Source: a virus (lineage: Duplodnaviria; Caudoviricetes). Taken from it: 38,771 nucleotides of DNA. The stretch covers positions 1 through 38,771 of IMG/VR virus record IMGVR_UViG_3300016263_000482. One strand, given 5' to 3'. This document shows, in pieces, positions 1 to 9,711 of the stretch. The notes under the pieces were generated by a model that was given only the letters and a program-made list of their open reading frames with translations, was not told where the DNA came from and did no database searches. The first letter of the stretch is position 1, and each line of letters begins with the position of its first letter. Made by a program: the position numbers and the translations under genes.

Positions 1-1395
1 ACTGGTAATATTCTATATAATGGTCCAGCCTATAACTGCAATACAGTAGTTGGAGCATATTATAAGTTTAAGCTAAAGGTCACAGGACTTACTCAGGGAA
101 GCATCTTCATTAATGATCAGATCATCGCTGCTGGAGCGACATATACTGATCCAGTCTCTTATCTTTTGGAAATAACCAAAGATGGAGTATATGAAGTTTA
201 TTCGTCTGTGAATTATTTCATGGGCATCAGTATATATTTTTCTGATGATTCAAATGGTACCATAAGTGATCTGGAACTGATTCAATATGGCAACTACTAT
301 AACGTCATACTAAAGAATACAGTCAATCTTATCACTTATAATCTGACCAGTAGCCTTGACTACTACGAGGATTGGATTACTTTGAAGTACCCATTAACGG
401 GCAAGAGTGCAGGCTGTTATGAGTTGATTATAACTGATGCCTGTGGATATGTCCTAGACCAATCTATTACAACAGATCCCACATTCAGCCAACCATTAGG
501 GGCTTCTAATTGGGATTATGTCTATGTATTTGGTAATGTAGCTTCAGCTACAAATACAAGTGGCAAGTTTGTTATAACTGCCGGAGATACTTCCGGATAC
601 CTTCAATGGAGGCTCAAGGATGATGTCATGAATAGTTACACTCCTCCAAGTCCTATAAATTCGGCCACATTCACATGGTCTATGACTACTGGAGTAGTAG
701 ATAAGAGCTTCCTTGTCCAATTGGCGATACCTGGAGCGGTTCAATTTTATACTTTGGCTCAGAACGTACAATCCAATACGACTTATGGCGGTACTGTTAC
801 TGTTCAATTTTCTGCTGGTTCTTGGTCATCTTCATATTATGAGTTGAACTTCGTGACGGCATCGGTTGTCAATGGAAACAAAATAGAGATAAGCGACTTT
901 GAACTGAAATTGCAATCCTACTATCCAGGACAGTCCACTGAATATACATCTGAATGTATTACGATTACCACAGATGATGACTGTCTAAAATGGGTGGCTG
1001 GTATTAATGGCGAGGATTCGTATGGTTTCCACTTCGATCCTGCTGATCCTACTGCCTTCCAACTGGGTGCAAGGGTTAAGTCGATGCTTATAAATCCCAA
1101 ATACTCTGGAGAAATTAAGAGATACGAGGATGCTGAAGGCAATATCGTAGTCACAAAAGGAAAGACTGGTAAAGTATATACTCTATTTATAGATTATACG
1201 GATGAGCATTCACACGATTGGTTGAGAATAGCTACTTTAAGCGATACTATCGATATCGATGGAAAGTATTATGTCGGTACTGAAGGTGACTACGAACCTG
1301 AATGGCCTGATAATCTGGGTAACTGGAACTATGCACAGGCACGGGTAGAAGTACAGAAGAAGGTTGACGTATTATACAACAATAATGCAGGATAA
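1..1395 (+). CDS. C-terminal part of a ~669 aa structural (tail tip/baseplate-like) protein that begins at 38157 and wraps the circular junction
   Basis: Frame 1 is open from base 1 (TGNILYNGPAYNCN...) to TAA at 1395 and is in frame with the open ORF at the window end. Composition is S/T/G/Y-rich and beta-like, and it follows the tape-measure/distal-tail genes. Confidence 0.75.
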   Translation, partial: TGNILYNGPAYNCNTVVGAYYKFKLKVTGLTQGSIFINDQIIAAGATYTDPVSYLLEITKDGVYEVYSSVNYFMGISIYFSDDSNGTISDLELIQYGNYYNVILKNTVNLITYNLTSSLDYYEDWITLKYPLTGKSAGCYELIITDACGYVLDQSITTDPTFSQPLGASNWDYVYVFGNVASATNTSGKFVITAGDTSGYLQWRLKDDVMNSYTPPSPINSATFTWSMTTGVVDKSFLVQLAIPGAVQFYTLAQNVQSNTTYGGTVTVQFSAGSWSSSYYELNFVTASVVNGNKIEISDFELKLQSYYPGQSTEYTSECITITTDDDCLKWVAGINGEDSYGFHFDPADPTAFQLGARVKSMLINPKYSGEIKRYEDAEGNIVVTKGKTGKVYTLFIDYTDEHSHDWLRIATLSDTIDIDGKYYVGTEGDYEPEWPDNLGNWNYAQARVEVQKKVDVLYNNNAG

Positions 1396-2221
1396 ACGGG
1401 GCATACTCCTTCTCGCTATGGGTCACCCGTATTATGCTCGGATGGCTTATAACCTACTTGTGAGCCTACGCTATCATGAGCCTGATATTGCCGTAGCGAT
1501 AGGAGTCAATGGTGAAGGATTTGAGATGCTTTCTAAGGATCAGCAGAAGCAGTTCAGCAAGGTCATCAAGCTGGATGACTATGCTGATCCATATCGAGCC
1601 AAGTTGGATGTAGATAAGATCACTCCCTTCAAGCAGACGCTTTTCTTGGATGTGGACATGGTCTGGAATAACTTCAAAAGCCCGACAGAACTGCTTGATG
1701 AACTCAATGGGAAAGATTTCGCCATCATCAATCGGGTGAGGGTATCCACACAGAATAGCATTCTATCGGCTTGGATTGACCTTCCAAAGGTCAAGGAAGC
1801 GTATGGATTCGATGAAGTCTATGATATCAGTTCTGAGCTTATGTACTGGGAAAAGGGTACTGATGTCTATAAGGTGGCTCGTAAGTATTACAAGAACATG
1901 AAGGTCGATGTGAAAGCTTTCGGTAATGGCTTACCGGATGAGGCTTACCTTATGATGGCTATCGAAGACTTGGGCATACGACTGCACCAGACCCCTTGGG
2001 AGCCTACTTATTGGCAACCAAGATGGAACCCCAAGGTTCACAATGCCGAGCATATCGCTGGGTTCTATGCCCTTTCTGTCGGTGGTGCCTATACTCTTCC
2101 ATTCATCAAGAAACTATATGACCGTCAGGTCGAACATACACACTATTCAACGGGGATGCCGGGTTCGCCATTCCAACTGATACCTAAATACCGTATATTC
2201 AAAGAACGCCGCAAAATCTAA
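1385..2221 (+). CDS. GT-A fold glycosyltransferase-like protein (GT8/nucleotide-diphospho-sugar transferase type)
   Basis: N-terminal GILLLAMG beta strand, K...TPF..TLFLDVD with a DxD motif, and a later PDE motif. ATG 1385 overlaps the upstream stop. Confidence 0.7.
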   Translation: MQDKRGILLLAMGHPYYARMAYNLLVSLRYHEPDIAVAIGVNGEGFEMLSKDQQKQFSKVIKLDDYADPYRAKLDVDKITPFKQTLFLDVDMVWNNFKSPTELLDELNGKDFAIINRVRVSTQNSILSAWIDLPKVKEAYGFDEVYDISSELMYWEKGTDVYKVARKYYKNMKVDVKAFGNGLPDEAYLMMAIEDLGIRLHQTPWEPTYWQPRWNPKVHNAEHIAGFYALSVGGAYTLPFIKKLYDRQVEHTHYSTGMPGSPFQLIPKYRIFKERRKI

Positions 2222-3957
2222 TGGCCATTATCGACATCAGTCAGTATCATCAGGGAGGAAAGAGGCACCAATTCTATGCTCCTTCCGTGAAGCAATTCCA
2301 AGACATCAAGACCCATGCGATGGGTGAATTTCCCCGTGAGTTGATTTCGGAACGTAGACCGGGAGAATCGGATACCATTAAGAGATATCGTGAGAAGATA
2401 TATGTCCCCAAGACTCAGGCTGCAGTATCAAAAATCTTTAATAGCTTACAGAAAATCCGTAAGAGTACTGACTATGTGATCCAATTTGATGAGATGGCAG
2501 TACCTCCGATAATCGCATCAGAGGAGCGTCCTTCGGAATATCTGATGTCTGACTTTCCCAAGTACACATCCATTGATAACTGGTTCTGGTCAGTATGCTT
2601 CAATCAATATCTGATGGATGCCAATGGGGTGGTAATAATCATGCCATTGAATCCTGAGAAGGCTGAAAATGAATATAGTAAGCCATATCCGTTCCTATTC
2701 AACAGTACTCAGATTTTGGATTATTCATATGGTGAATATTGTGTGGTCCTAAGTAATGAAAAGAGCCAGTATCAGAGCGGTAACCGCAAGTATCCAGGTG
2801 CTGTGTATTATAGCGTTGACAATGAGTCTATAGTAAAATACGAGCAGATCAATGCTAAAGGTGACTTCAGAGCTACCGAATACTTCCATGGTCTTTGCTG
2901 TATGCCAGTTATCAAGCTCAATGGTATAATCCTGCAAGATGGGGTTAGTGATATCCTCTATACTAGTAGAATCCATAGCATCGTGCCAAGTCTTAACGAG
3001 GCGGCCCGTGAATGGAGCGATCTGCAGGCAGAAGTGGTGCAACATATCCACTCAACCATGTGGGCTATTCAGGGTAAAGAATGTCGGACTTGTGCCGGTA
3101 CTGGTATTATCCCCAAGGCTGGCCAGTCTCCTATACAATGTGATGAGTGTAACGGTAAAGGTTTCTTTCCATTCAATCCTTACGAGCATATTACGATAAA
3201 GCCACCGACAATGGGTGAGGCTATGCCTCCAACTCCTCCGGCTGGCTATTTGACTAAACCTATCGATATCGCCAAGCTCCAGGATGCTCGTGTTCATGAC
3301 CATATCTATCATGCGCTGTCATCCTTGAATATGGAGTTCTTGGCTGCTGTTCCACTTAGTCAATCAGGGGTTGCCAAAGAAATCGACAGGGCTGAACTTA
3401 ATAACTTCGTCTATTCCATTGCAGAAGATTGCGTTAGGATTCTCGATGAACTTTGTGAGATAATAATCGACTATCGTTATGGTGGTCTTGTTCCTGATTA
3501 CGAAGAGAGGGAGAAGCTGGAGCCTATGATCACGGTTCCTGAGAAGTATGACATCCTTCCAGAGGGATATCTTGTCGATGAGATCAAGAAACTTCGTGAC
3601 AGCAGGGTCAACCCTACCATCATCAATGCTGCTGAGATGGAATACGCCAACAAGAAGTTTAATACCAATAAGAAGATCAAGCAGAAGCTACAGGATATGT
3701 ACGAGCTGGACCCTCTTGCTGGTATGTCATTGGATGAGATGATGGTAGCTTATTCCAATCAGGCGATCAATAAGAAGACCATGGTTATCCATAGTAACAT
3801 CCGTGAGTTCGTGGATGTGGCTCATGAGATGAATCCTGACTTCTTTATGATGGACATGATGGATAAGAAGGCTATCATTGGAGACATCGCAGATGCTTGG
3901 ATGACTGCTAACCGCCCGACTGAGATCGGCCAAATGAGTATCAGTGCGTCCGTCTGA
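2221..3957 (+). CDS. Portal protein with inserted DnaJ-type CxxCxGxG zinc-finger pair
   Basis: 578 aa, directly before the gpF-like and scaffold/capsid genes. Carries an SPP1-portal-like QSGVAKEIDR motif plus CRTCAGTG and CDECNGKG. Confidence 0.8.
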   Translation: MAIIDISQYHQGGKRHQFYAPSVKQFQDIKTHAMGEFPRELISERRPGESDTIKRYREKIYVPKTQAAVSKIFNSLQKIRKSTDYVIQFDEMAVPPIIASEERPSEYLMSDFPKYTSIDNWFWSVCFNQYLMDANGVVIIMPLNPEKAENEYSKPYPFLFNSTQILDYSYGEYCVVLSNEKSQYQSGNRKYPGAVYYSVDNESIVKYEQINAKGDFRATEYFHGLCCMPVIKLNGIILQDGVSDILYTSRIHSIVPSLNEAAREWSDLQAEVVQHIHSTMWAIQGKECRTCAGTGIIPKAGQSPIQCDECNGKGFFPFNPYEHITIKPPTMGEAMPPTPPAGYLTKPIDIAKLQDARVHDHIYHALSSLNMEFLAAVPLSQSGVAKEIDRAELNNFVYSIAEDCVRILDELCEIIIDYRYGGLVPDYEEREKLEPMITVPEKYDILPEGYLVDEIKKLRDSRVNPTIINAAEMEYANKKFNTNKKIKQKLQDMYELDPLAGMSLDEMMVAYSNQAINKKTMVIHSNIREFVDVAHEMNPDFFMMDMMDKKAIIGDIADAWMTANRPTEIGQMSISASV

Positions 3958-4837
3958 TATAATAGATGAGATTGATGGAGCCGTCAATAAGTTCGTTGAC
4001 GGTCTCCCTGCTACCCAGCGTCAGATATACGATAGGGTCCTCAATCTATTGCGTAAGTTGGATGTATCCTCTGATGGAAACATCAAGAATACGGTAGCCA
4101 ATATCCGTATCCTGCAGGATATCAATAAGGAGATTCTTGATACGGTCATGACTGACCAGTACAAGAAGAAGATTGAGGACTTTACACAGACCTATCAAAA
4201 GGTCGCATCCTTGCAGAATCAATATTTGGGTACGGTTTTCTCGACCTTCAAGCCCGGTCCTGTGCTGAAGGAACTGACCAAGGCTAGCATCGATATCACC
4301 TATGATCAGCTTGGTGAGTCAGGTCTAAGTAATGATCTGGCCAATGAAATCAAAGGCATCCTCAATACCAATATCCAGACAGGGGCTTCGTATTCCCAGA
4401 TGACCGATCAATTAAGAACGGCTATAATTGGTAACGATGAGGTGGATGGTGCATTGCTAAGGTATGCCAAGACCTACACCACTGACAGCATCAATCAATT
4501 CTCAGCTGTATATAATCGTCAAGTTACAGCGGACTTCGGGGCTGAATGGTTCCGTTATGTAGGATCAAATAGGGAGACCACAAGGCCCTTCTGTGAGCAT
4601 CTGACAGAAAAGGATGGGGGATACTTCCATATCGATGAAGTACCAGGATTCTTAGAGGGTCAAGTGGGAGACCAGACGGTTGAACTTTATGACAAGACAG
4701 GACTACCTCAAGGGATGAAAGAAGGCACCAACGAGGATACCTTTTTCACGCTTCGAGGAGGCTGGAACTGCAACCATCAGATAGTTCCGGTATCACGGCT
4801 GTCTGTGCCTAAATCACTCAGGGATAAGTTTGCCTGA
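3944..4837 (+). CDS. Minor head / head morphogenesis protein (Mu gpF / SPP1 gp7-like)
   Basis: Follows portal; helical N-half, C-terminal YVGS...TRPFC and GGWNCNHQIVPV motifs. Confidence 0.75.
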   Translation: MRPSDIIDEIDGAVNKFVDGLPATQRQIYDRVLNLLRKLDVSSDGNIKNTVANIRILQDINKEILDTVMTDQYKKKIEDFTQTYQKVASLQNQYLGTVFSTFKPGPVLKELTKASIDITYDQLGESGLSNDLANEIKGILNTNIQTGASYSQMTDQLRTAIIGNDEVDGALLRYAKTYTTDSINQFSAVYNRQVTADFGAEWFRYVGSNRETTRPFCEHLTEKDGGYFHIDEVPGFLEGQVGDQTVELYDKTGLPQGMKEGTNEDTFFTLRGGWNCNHQIVPVSRLSVPKSLRDKFA

Positions 4838-4995
4838 CGGAAGCGGATGATCATCAGGTCGATGATTCTGTTGCGACCTATGAAACGTCCTTTGGCAATG
4901 AATTTAGCCTGTTCATGGTTGACGATATCGGCAACCTCATCGCACATCTGATACTGGAATTTACGACAAGAATCAATCGGATTGTTTCGACTCAT
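4777..4995 (-). CDS. Small protein, possibly ribbon-helix-helix DNA-binding
   Basis: ATG 4995 overlaps the upstream minus-strand ORF. KFQYQM strand, helix, then GRNRIIDLMI helix. 3' end overlaps the gpF-like gene convergently. Confidence 0.45.
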   Translation of the reverse strand: MSRNNPIDSCRKFQYQMCDEVADIVNHEQAKFIAKGRFIGRNRIIDLMIIRFRQANLSLSDLGTDSRDTGTI

Positions 4996-5182
4996 TTTCT
5001 TTGATGTATTGTTCAAGTTCTTCTTTGGTCTTTTCAATGGCTGACTGTCTTCCAAGTTCAAAGGCTTGAGCCAATAATTCAACCTCGTATTCTTTGGCCT
5101 TCTTAGCCATCATGATATGGTGATGGTTCCTTCTTGGGTCGGTATTGAGCCACTCTATATATTGGTCAAAAGCTGTCTTCAT
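4973..5182 (-). CDS. Small hypothetical protein (KTA..EWL...AKE.E family-like)
   Basis: Translationally coupled minus-strand operon; motif similarity to the 23470-24116 paralogs. Confidence 0.65.
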   Translation of the reverse strand: MKTAFDQYIEWLNTDPRRNHHHIMMAKKAKEYEVELLAQAFELGRQSAIEKTKEELEQYIKENESKQSD

Positions 5183-5382
5183 ATGAGTTCTTTAAGGAGT
5201 TGTGCTTCGATGTATTCCTTGTCATCATCATGAACATCCATTGGGGCATCCGTAAAAGGGTCCAAGTATTCATAAATCTCGAAAGACCACGAGGGACTGG
5301 TGTCGTAGTCACCCTTATCATAGGAGTATTCATAGATGACCTTGACATCCCATCCTCCGGCATCGATGATCTTACTTTCCAT
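5179..5382 (-). CDS. Small acidic hypothetical protein
   Basis: Coupled overlaps with neighbours; YSYDKGDYDTSPS motif typical of small phage early proteins. Confidence 0.65.
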   Translation of the reverse strand: MESKIIDAGGWDVKVIYEYSYDKGDYDTSPSWSFEIYEYLDPFTDAPMDVHDDDKEYIEAQLLKELI

Positions 5383-5578
5383 AGCTTTCCTCCTTGAGAT
5401 TATTCAAGAATTGCTCTGCATACTTTTCCTCGTAGTTCATGGCATTGGCTCTGATCCATCCGCTGAAGTAAGCATTCTTTAGTTGCTCGTGTTCCATCTT
5501 CAGATATTTATCGAAGACGCTGGATTCAATCTGACACATCTGTCTGAGATCGTCAATCATTTGTTGGACTGTTGTCAT
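5372..5578 (-). CDS. Small hypothetical protein (MEHEQLKNAY...AEQF family)
   Basis: ATG 5578 after an A-rich leader and TATATTTG promoter; resembles the EKEQIIDA...EQYY family. Confidence 0.65.
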   Translation of the reverse strand: MTTVQQMIDDLRQMCQIESSVFDKYLKMEHEQLKNAYFSGWIRANAMNYEEKYAEQFLNNLKEESYGK

Positions 5579-5606
5579 GGCTTTTGTCTTGTTTGTACTA
5601 ATGATA

Positions 5607-5614
5607 CAAATATA
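5607..5614 (-). promoter_or_regulatory. Bacteroidota sigma70 -7 box (TATATTTG) driving the minus-strand small-gene operon
   Basis: Reverse complement of caaatata matches the TAnnTTTG consensus, ~30 nt upstream of ATG 5578. Confidence 0.6.
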
Positions 5615-5675
5615 AGTTATTGAAAGTGAATAACTATAGTGGAATACCCCGTTTTTTGCATAAACAAAAAGGCTT

Positions 5676-6572
5676 ATGGCAACTACTACAGGCGAATTTA
5701 TCGCAAAATTAGCGTCCATGGCTGGTATGTCACCGACTGATCCAGACTTGGTAAGTATTCTCTCATCTTCCGAATTTTCTAACTACAAGCTACCCGAAGG
5801 GCTGACCTCCAAGATCAACCAGTCCCTGTTGACCGTTGATTCGGCTCGTAACAACGAAGGCTTGAGAAGGCATTATCATGCCGAGATTCTTAACGGGTTG
5901 GACAACAACTTGGAAAACACCCTTGAGCGGTATTCCATCGATGGAGACATCGCAGAATCCATCCGTTCAGAGAAGAAGACCACAGAGAAGTACAACAAAC
6001 TTATCGAGAAATTGAACGATGTTTATGCTAAGAAAGCATCAGCGACCAATTCAACCGATAAGGCAGACCTTGAGAAAGAGATCAGCCGATTGAACGGCCA
6101 GATCAAGGAACTCAATGACAAGGTCAAGACCGCCCCTGTAGAAAGAGATGCCTTCTGGACAGAGAAGCTTAAGAGCAAGGCTATCCAGAATATGCTCCAG
6201 TCGTACAAATTCGCTGGAGAAAACAATATCCCCAAGGATGTCCTCATTGAGACGGCATCCGTCCTGCTTAACCGCAAGCTCAACGAAGCTAAGGTCAAGC
6301 TGGAATACAATGCAGAATCTGATAATATCGGTCTGAAGACTGAATCAGGTATGGACTTTTACAAGGATAACTCGCCCGTGTCCTTCAAGAGTTTCGCTGA
6401 TGCAGTTCTTGCGGAATCTAAATTGCTTGATATCACGGGTGCAACCGCACCAACTAGTACAGCGGCACAACCAACCCCGGCACCACGCCAAACCATCATC
6501 AGTGGAGCCGGTAAGACTCAAGATGCTTCCAAGTTCTTCGCCGCATTGGATGACATTGCATCTGGTCGCTAA
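5676..6572 (+). CDS. Capsid scaffolding protein
   Basis: Coiled-coil, charged, with a P/T/A-rich linker and short C-terminal helix; directly before the capsid gene. Confidence 0.7.
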   Translation: MATTTGEFIAKLASMAGMSPTDPDLVSILSSSEFSNYKLPEGLTSKINQSLLTVDSARNNEGLRRHYHAEILNGLDNNLENTLERYSIDGDIAESIRSEKKTTEKYNKLIEKLNDVYAKKASATNSTDKADLEKEISRLNGQIKELNDKVKTAPVERDAFWTEKLKSKAIQNMLQSYKFAGENNIPKDVLIETASVLLNRKLNEAKVKLEYNAESDNIGLKTESGMDFYKDNSPVSFKSFADAVLAESKLLDITGATAPTSTAAQPTPAPRQTIISGAGKTQDASKFFAALDDIASGR

Positions 6573-6587
6573 TCATTCACAAAAACA

Positions 6588-7703
6588 ATGGCTAACGGTT
6601 TAGCTCCCTATTTGTTGAATGACCTCAAGACGTTGGTAAGCGGTGCTTACCCCGGTCAAAAGGTCGATCTCAAAGGATTCCTCGCTATGCTCACCTCTGG
6701 TGCTGGCGCAAATCCTATCCAAACTTCTACGCTCGCAGGACACAAGAAAGAAGTCCGCTTCTGGTATCGCCAACGCAATACCAAGGCTCAGACAGACACT
6801 TCTGCTTCTTGCGATAACGTATTGACTCCTGCCCGTAAAGAATACACTGTTTCTGTGGGTAACACCCGCCAGATCGCATGGCATCTGCCTGACGAGCTGG
6901 TAGCTACCTACATGGAAGAGGCTTCTCAGCGTGTATCTGTTCCTGGAGGCCCTATCGCTGGTGCTTCTGCTGAACTGTTCGACATCATCATGAGTGGTGC
7001 TAACGGCATCCTCGAAGGTGTCAACGATGACCTGATCGGTCTGCTCACATGGGGTCGTAACAAGGTATCTGGTAGCAACGCTGCTGTGACCTTGAATATC
7101 TCTGCTGATAGCGGTGTCCAGAAGCTCACCACTGGTATGCCTAAGCTGTTGGGAGACTACAAGAAGAACAACCTCTCCGGTGTTCCTAACATCGTTGGAG
7201 CTGGCCTGTTCTACAACTACATCCTCTCTCAAGGCTTCAAAGGTATCGACCAGAGTGGAATGAACTCTCAGATCGCTGCAGCTGGTGTGAATTTCTTCGC
7301 TGACCAAGACTTCGCTGATACGGTCGGTGCAGATCACATCGGTGTGTTCGAGCCAGGTGCTGTTCAACTCGTTGAGTACCTTGAGTACACCGGCTTCAAG
7401 GCTGGTCAGAAGCCTGGTGCTTCCGAGTTCGGTGTCATCGCTCTGCCTGCTGTTTCTTCTGATGGCACTCTGTTGCCTGTGAAGTTCGACTGGCAGTTGA
7501 AGTACATCGATTGCCCTACCACTCTTACGGATGCATACAGCGGTTCTACCGCAACGTATCAGAAGGGCTGGAGCTTCATCATGAAGAAGGACTTCGGTCT
7601 GTTCCAGATCCCATCTGATTCTTACCGTAATGAGGACGGCAATATCGCTGTCAACGGAGCATTGCGCTATAGCGTGACCAACGCTTGCGATACCTGTTCC
7701 TAA
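6588..7703 (+). CDS. Major capsid protein
   Basis: 371 aa, A/G-rich, strongly biased codons, after scaffold; ends in ACDTCS. Confidence 0.8.
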   Translation: MANGLAPYLLNDLKTLVSGAYPGQKVDLKGFLAMLTSGAGANPIQTSTLAGHKKEVRFWYRQRNTKAQTDTSASCDNVLTPARKEYTVSVGNTRQIAWHLPDELVATYMEEASQRVSVPGGPIAGASAELFDIIMSGANGILEGVNDDLIGLLTWGRNKVSGSNAAVTLNISADSGVQKLTTGMPKLLGDYKKNNLSGVPNIVGAGLFYNYILSQGFKGIDQSGMNSQIAAAGVNFFADQDFADTVGADHIGVFEPGAVQLVEYLEYTGFKAGQKPGASEFGVIALPAVSSDGTLLPVKFDWQLKYIDCPTTLTDAYSGSTATYQKGWSFIMKKDFGLFQIPSDSYRNEDGNIAVNGALRYSVTNACDTCS

Positions 7704-7716
7704 TCGCTAATTAACG

Positions 7717-8652
7717 ATGGATTGTCTCATTGACTACATCGGACTTACCGGATGCGGGACCTCAAGTCCCGTATCCGGTTTGTTCATTAATTCCTTACCG
7801 GGGATATCCCTGAAGAGCATCGCCCAGATCGCTGATGCTGAACAACAGACCTACCTTGGAGTATGGGATGACGTTCAACTAAGAGCCACCAAGAAGCTCC
7901 AGTTGATGCTCAATGCCATGCTTTCCAAGCAGTATAAGGTCAAGACGGCTCGCTATAGCATCCGTACCAAAGAAGAGGCTCAGTCAATCAATACGGGGGC
8001 TTATTCTGCTCCAGCCTATAAATTTGAATCATACTGCTCAAGTCCTTTGAGCTATCATCATATCGAGTCTATTACCTGTAGAAAGGTAAATAATAACTCT
8101 ACCATTGGGGTAACGGTCTACAATGCTGAAGATAATGTTATCCTCTATAATGCCTCCTTCGCAACCAATGGGGATACCAATCAAACGGTAAACCTAAACG
8201 AGGACTTCTACTATCCAGAAATCATTGTTAAGGTGACCATAAGTGGTGGCACTTATTATCTTGATGAATTTAAGTCCATAGACTTTGGTGGTGGTAATAT
8301 CAAGGCCGGAGTCTTTTCATCTAATACATTTACCCAGTATAACTATTCATTCGGTATCTCCATCAATTACGGATTACGTTGTTCCTTGGATAACCTAGCC
8401 TGCGATAGTAAGGACCTCTTTGCCCTTCCTCTATGGTACATCCTCGGTTCGGAGTTGATGATGGAGCGTATTGTATCGGAGCGTATCAATAAGTGGACTG
8501 TTGACCGTAAACAGGCTGAGGAGCTGAAGGCTTATTATGATGCAGAAGCCGAGAAGGCATTGGGTCAAGCCATTGCAGGTATCAGCATCAGCGACTATGA
8601 CTGTTGTATCCAGTGTGACCCAACCATCGGAGTTAAGGAGGCTTATCTGTGA
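7717..8652 (+). CDS. Head-tail adaptor/connector-like structural protein
   Basis: Position after capsid; helical N- and C-terminal parts around a beta insert; Cys clusters at both ends. Confidence 0.55.
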   Translation: MDCLIDYIGLTGCGTSSPVSGLFINSLPGISLKSIAQIADAEQQTYLGVWDDVQLRATKKLQLMLNAMLSKQYKVKTARYSIRTKEEAQSINTGAYSAPAYKFESYCSSPLSYHHIESITCRKVNNNSTIGVTVYNAEDNVILYNASFATNGDTNQTVNLNEDFYYPEIIVKVTISGGTYYLDEFKSIDFGGGNIKAGVFSSNTFTQYNYSFGISINYGLRCSLDNLACDSKDLFALPLWYILGSELMMERIVSERINKWTVDRKQAEELKAYYDAEAEKALGQAIAGISISDYDCCIQCDPTIGVKEAYL

Positions 8653-9128
8653 TATCCATATCAAGTAATCTGAACGAAGTAACTACCCGATTGGTGGCGA
8701 AGTTGGAATCCGTCAAGGACCCCAATGGAGCCGCTCAGGATCGTATGCTTCGTCAGGTGGCTTCAGATACCTTGGCTCAGGTCAAATACCGTATCCATAC
8801 AGATGGAAAAAACAGCGAGGGTACGCCCATCGGTGAGTATTCCAATGCCTATTTGAAGGTCAGGAAAAGCCGTAAATACAACCGAGGCGAATCCACGAAA
8901 GTAATCCTTTCACTCACGGGTCAGATGGAGAATGATTTCAGTATAGTCTCCAATACGGCTGGTCGTTATGGTCTTGGATTTAAGAATACTCTCAATGCTG
9001 AAAAAGCTGAGTGGTTGCAAGCTCGTTCTGATTATGGTCGCATCTACGACCTGACAGAAGCCGAGAAGGAACACGCTAATCTTGTCGCTAACGATTTCAT
9101 AGCTCAATATCTCAATGAACCTTCTTGA
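8649..9128 (+). CDS. Virion morphogenesis / neck protein (tail completion type)
   Basis: RIHTDGK..G..IG.YS..Y...R and L.LTGQM motifs typical of this family. Confidence 0.6.
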   Translation: MISISSNLNEVTTRLVAKLESVKDPNGAAQDRMLRQVASDTLAQVKYRIHTDGKNSEGTPIGEYSNAYLKVRKSRKYNRGESTKVILSLTGQMENDFSIVSNTAGRYGLGFKNTLNAEKAEWLQARSDYGRIYDLTEAEKEHANLVANDFIAQYLNEPS

Positions 9129-9696
9129 TAAGATAGTCGATATCATCAATGGCCGACTCATGGACGGTGCCTTGGAAGAGCAAGCCTTCCAGGAATCAGC
9201 TATCTATGGCCTATCCTATCTATCTGCTCCAAAGGATGACTCCGTACAGCGACCCTATACCTTCGATGGTGACAATGTGGTTGGTATTGAGGTTAATGAT
9301 ATCTATGAGTTCAGCATCTATCACAGATGTCTTGGGATGACATTTAGAGAATCACCTAGTTTTGGAGACGGCAATGGTCCAGTGACCATGGTATGTGATA
9401 TGTTCTGTGTGGTCTATGCAGACCGGTATAAGAGCGGATATACTCAAGAAGACCTTATATTGAAAGTATCAGCAGGACTGATGGGTCAGCTCACACCTAC
9501 CGAGCTGGGTAACTCAGGACTGCAGAAAGTAAAGATAACTGTGCAAAGGGCGAATAATAATTCCGCACAGGTATTTCAGGGCGAATATGGGAACGAGGCT
9601 AATTGCCCCTTCCAATTAAACACTGTCTATTTTGGTATCGGTTACCAGATAGAAATTACCGCACACAGCGCTTGCTTAGTCTGCGCTGAATGTTAA
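9115..9696 (+). CDS. Putative tail terminator/neck protein
   Basis: Position immediately before the tail tube gene; ends in ACLVCAEC. Confidence 0.5.
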   Translation: MNLLDKIVDIINGRLMDGALEEQAFQESAIYGLSYLSAPKDDSVQRPYTFDGDNVVGIEVNDIYEFSIYHRCLGMTFRESPSFGDGNGPVTMVCDMFCVVYADRYKSGYTQEDLILKVSAGLMGQLTPTELGNSGLQKVKITVQRANNNSAQVFQGEYGNEANCPFQLNTVYFGIGYQIEITAHSACLVCAEC

Positions 9697-9711
9697 TCGA
9701 CAAAAAAAACC

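Noticed and set aside
166-168. TTG start of the first ORF
   Set aside because: The frame is open upstream to base 1 and across the circular junction.
6600-7367. 255 aa minus-strand ORF
   Set aside because: Antisense shadow of the codon-biased capsid gene; no motifs.
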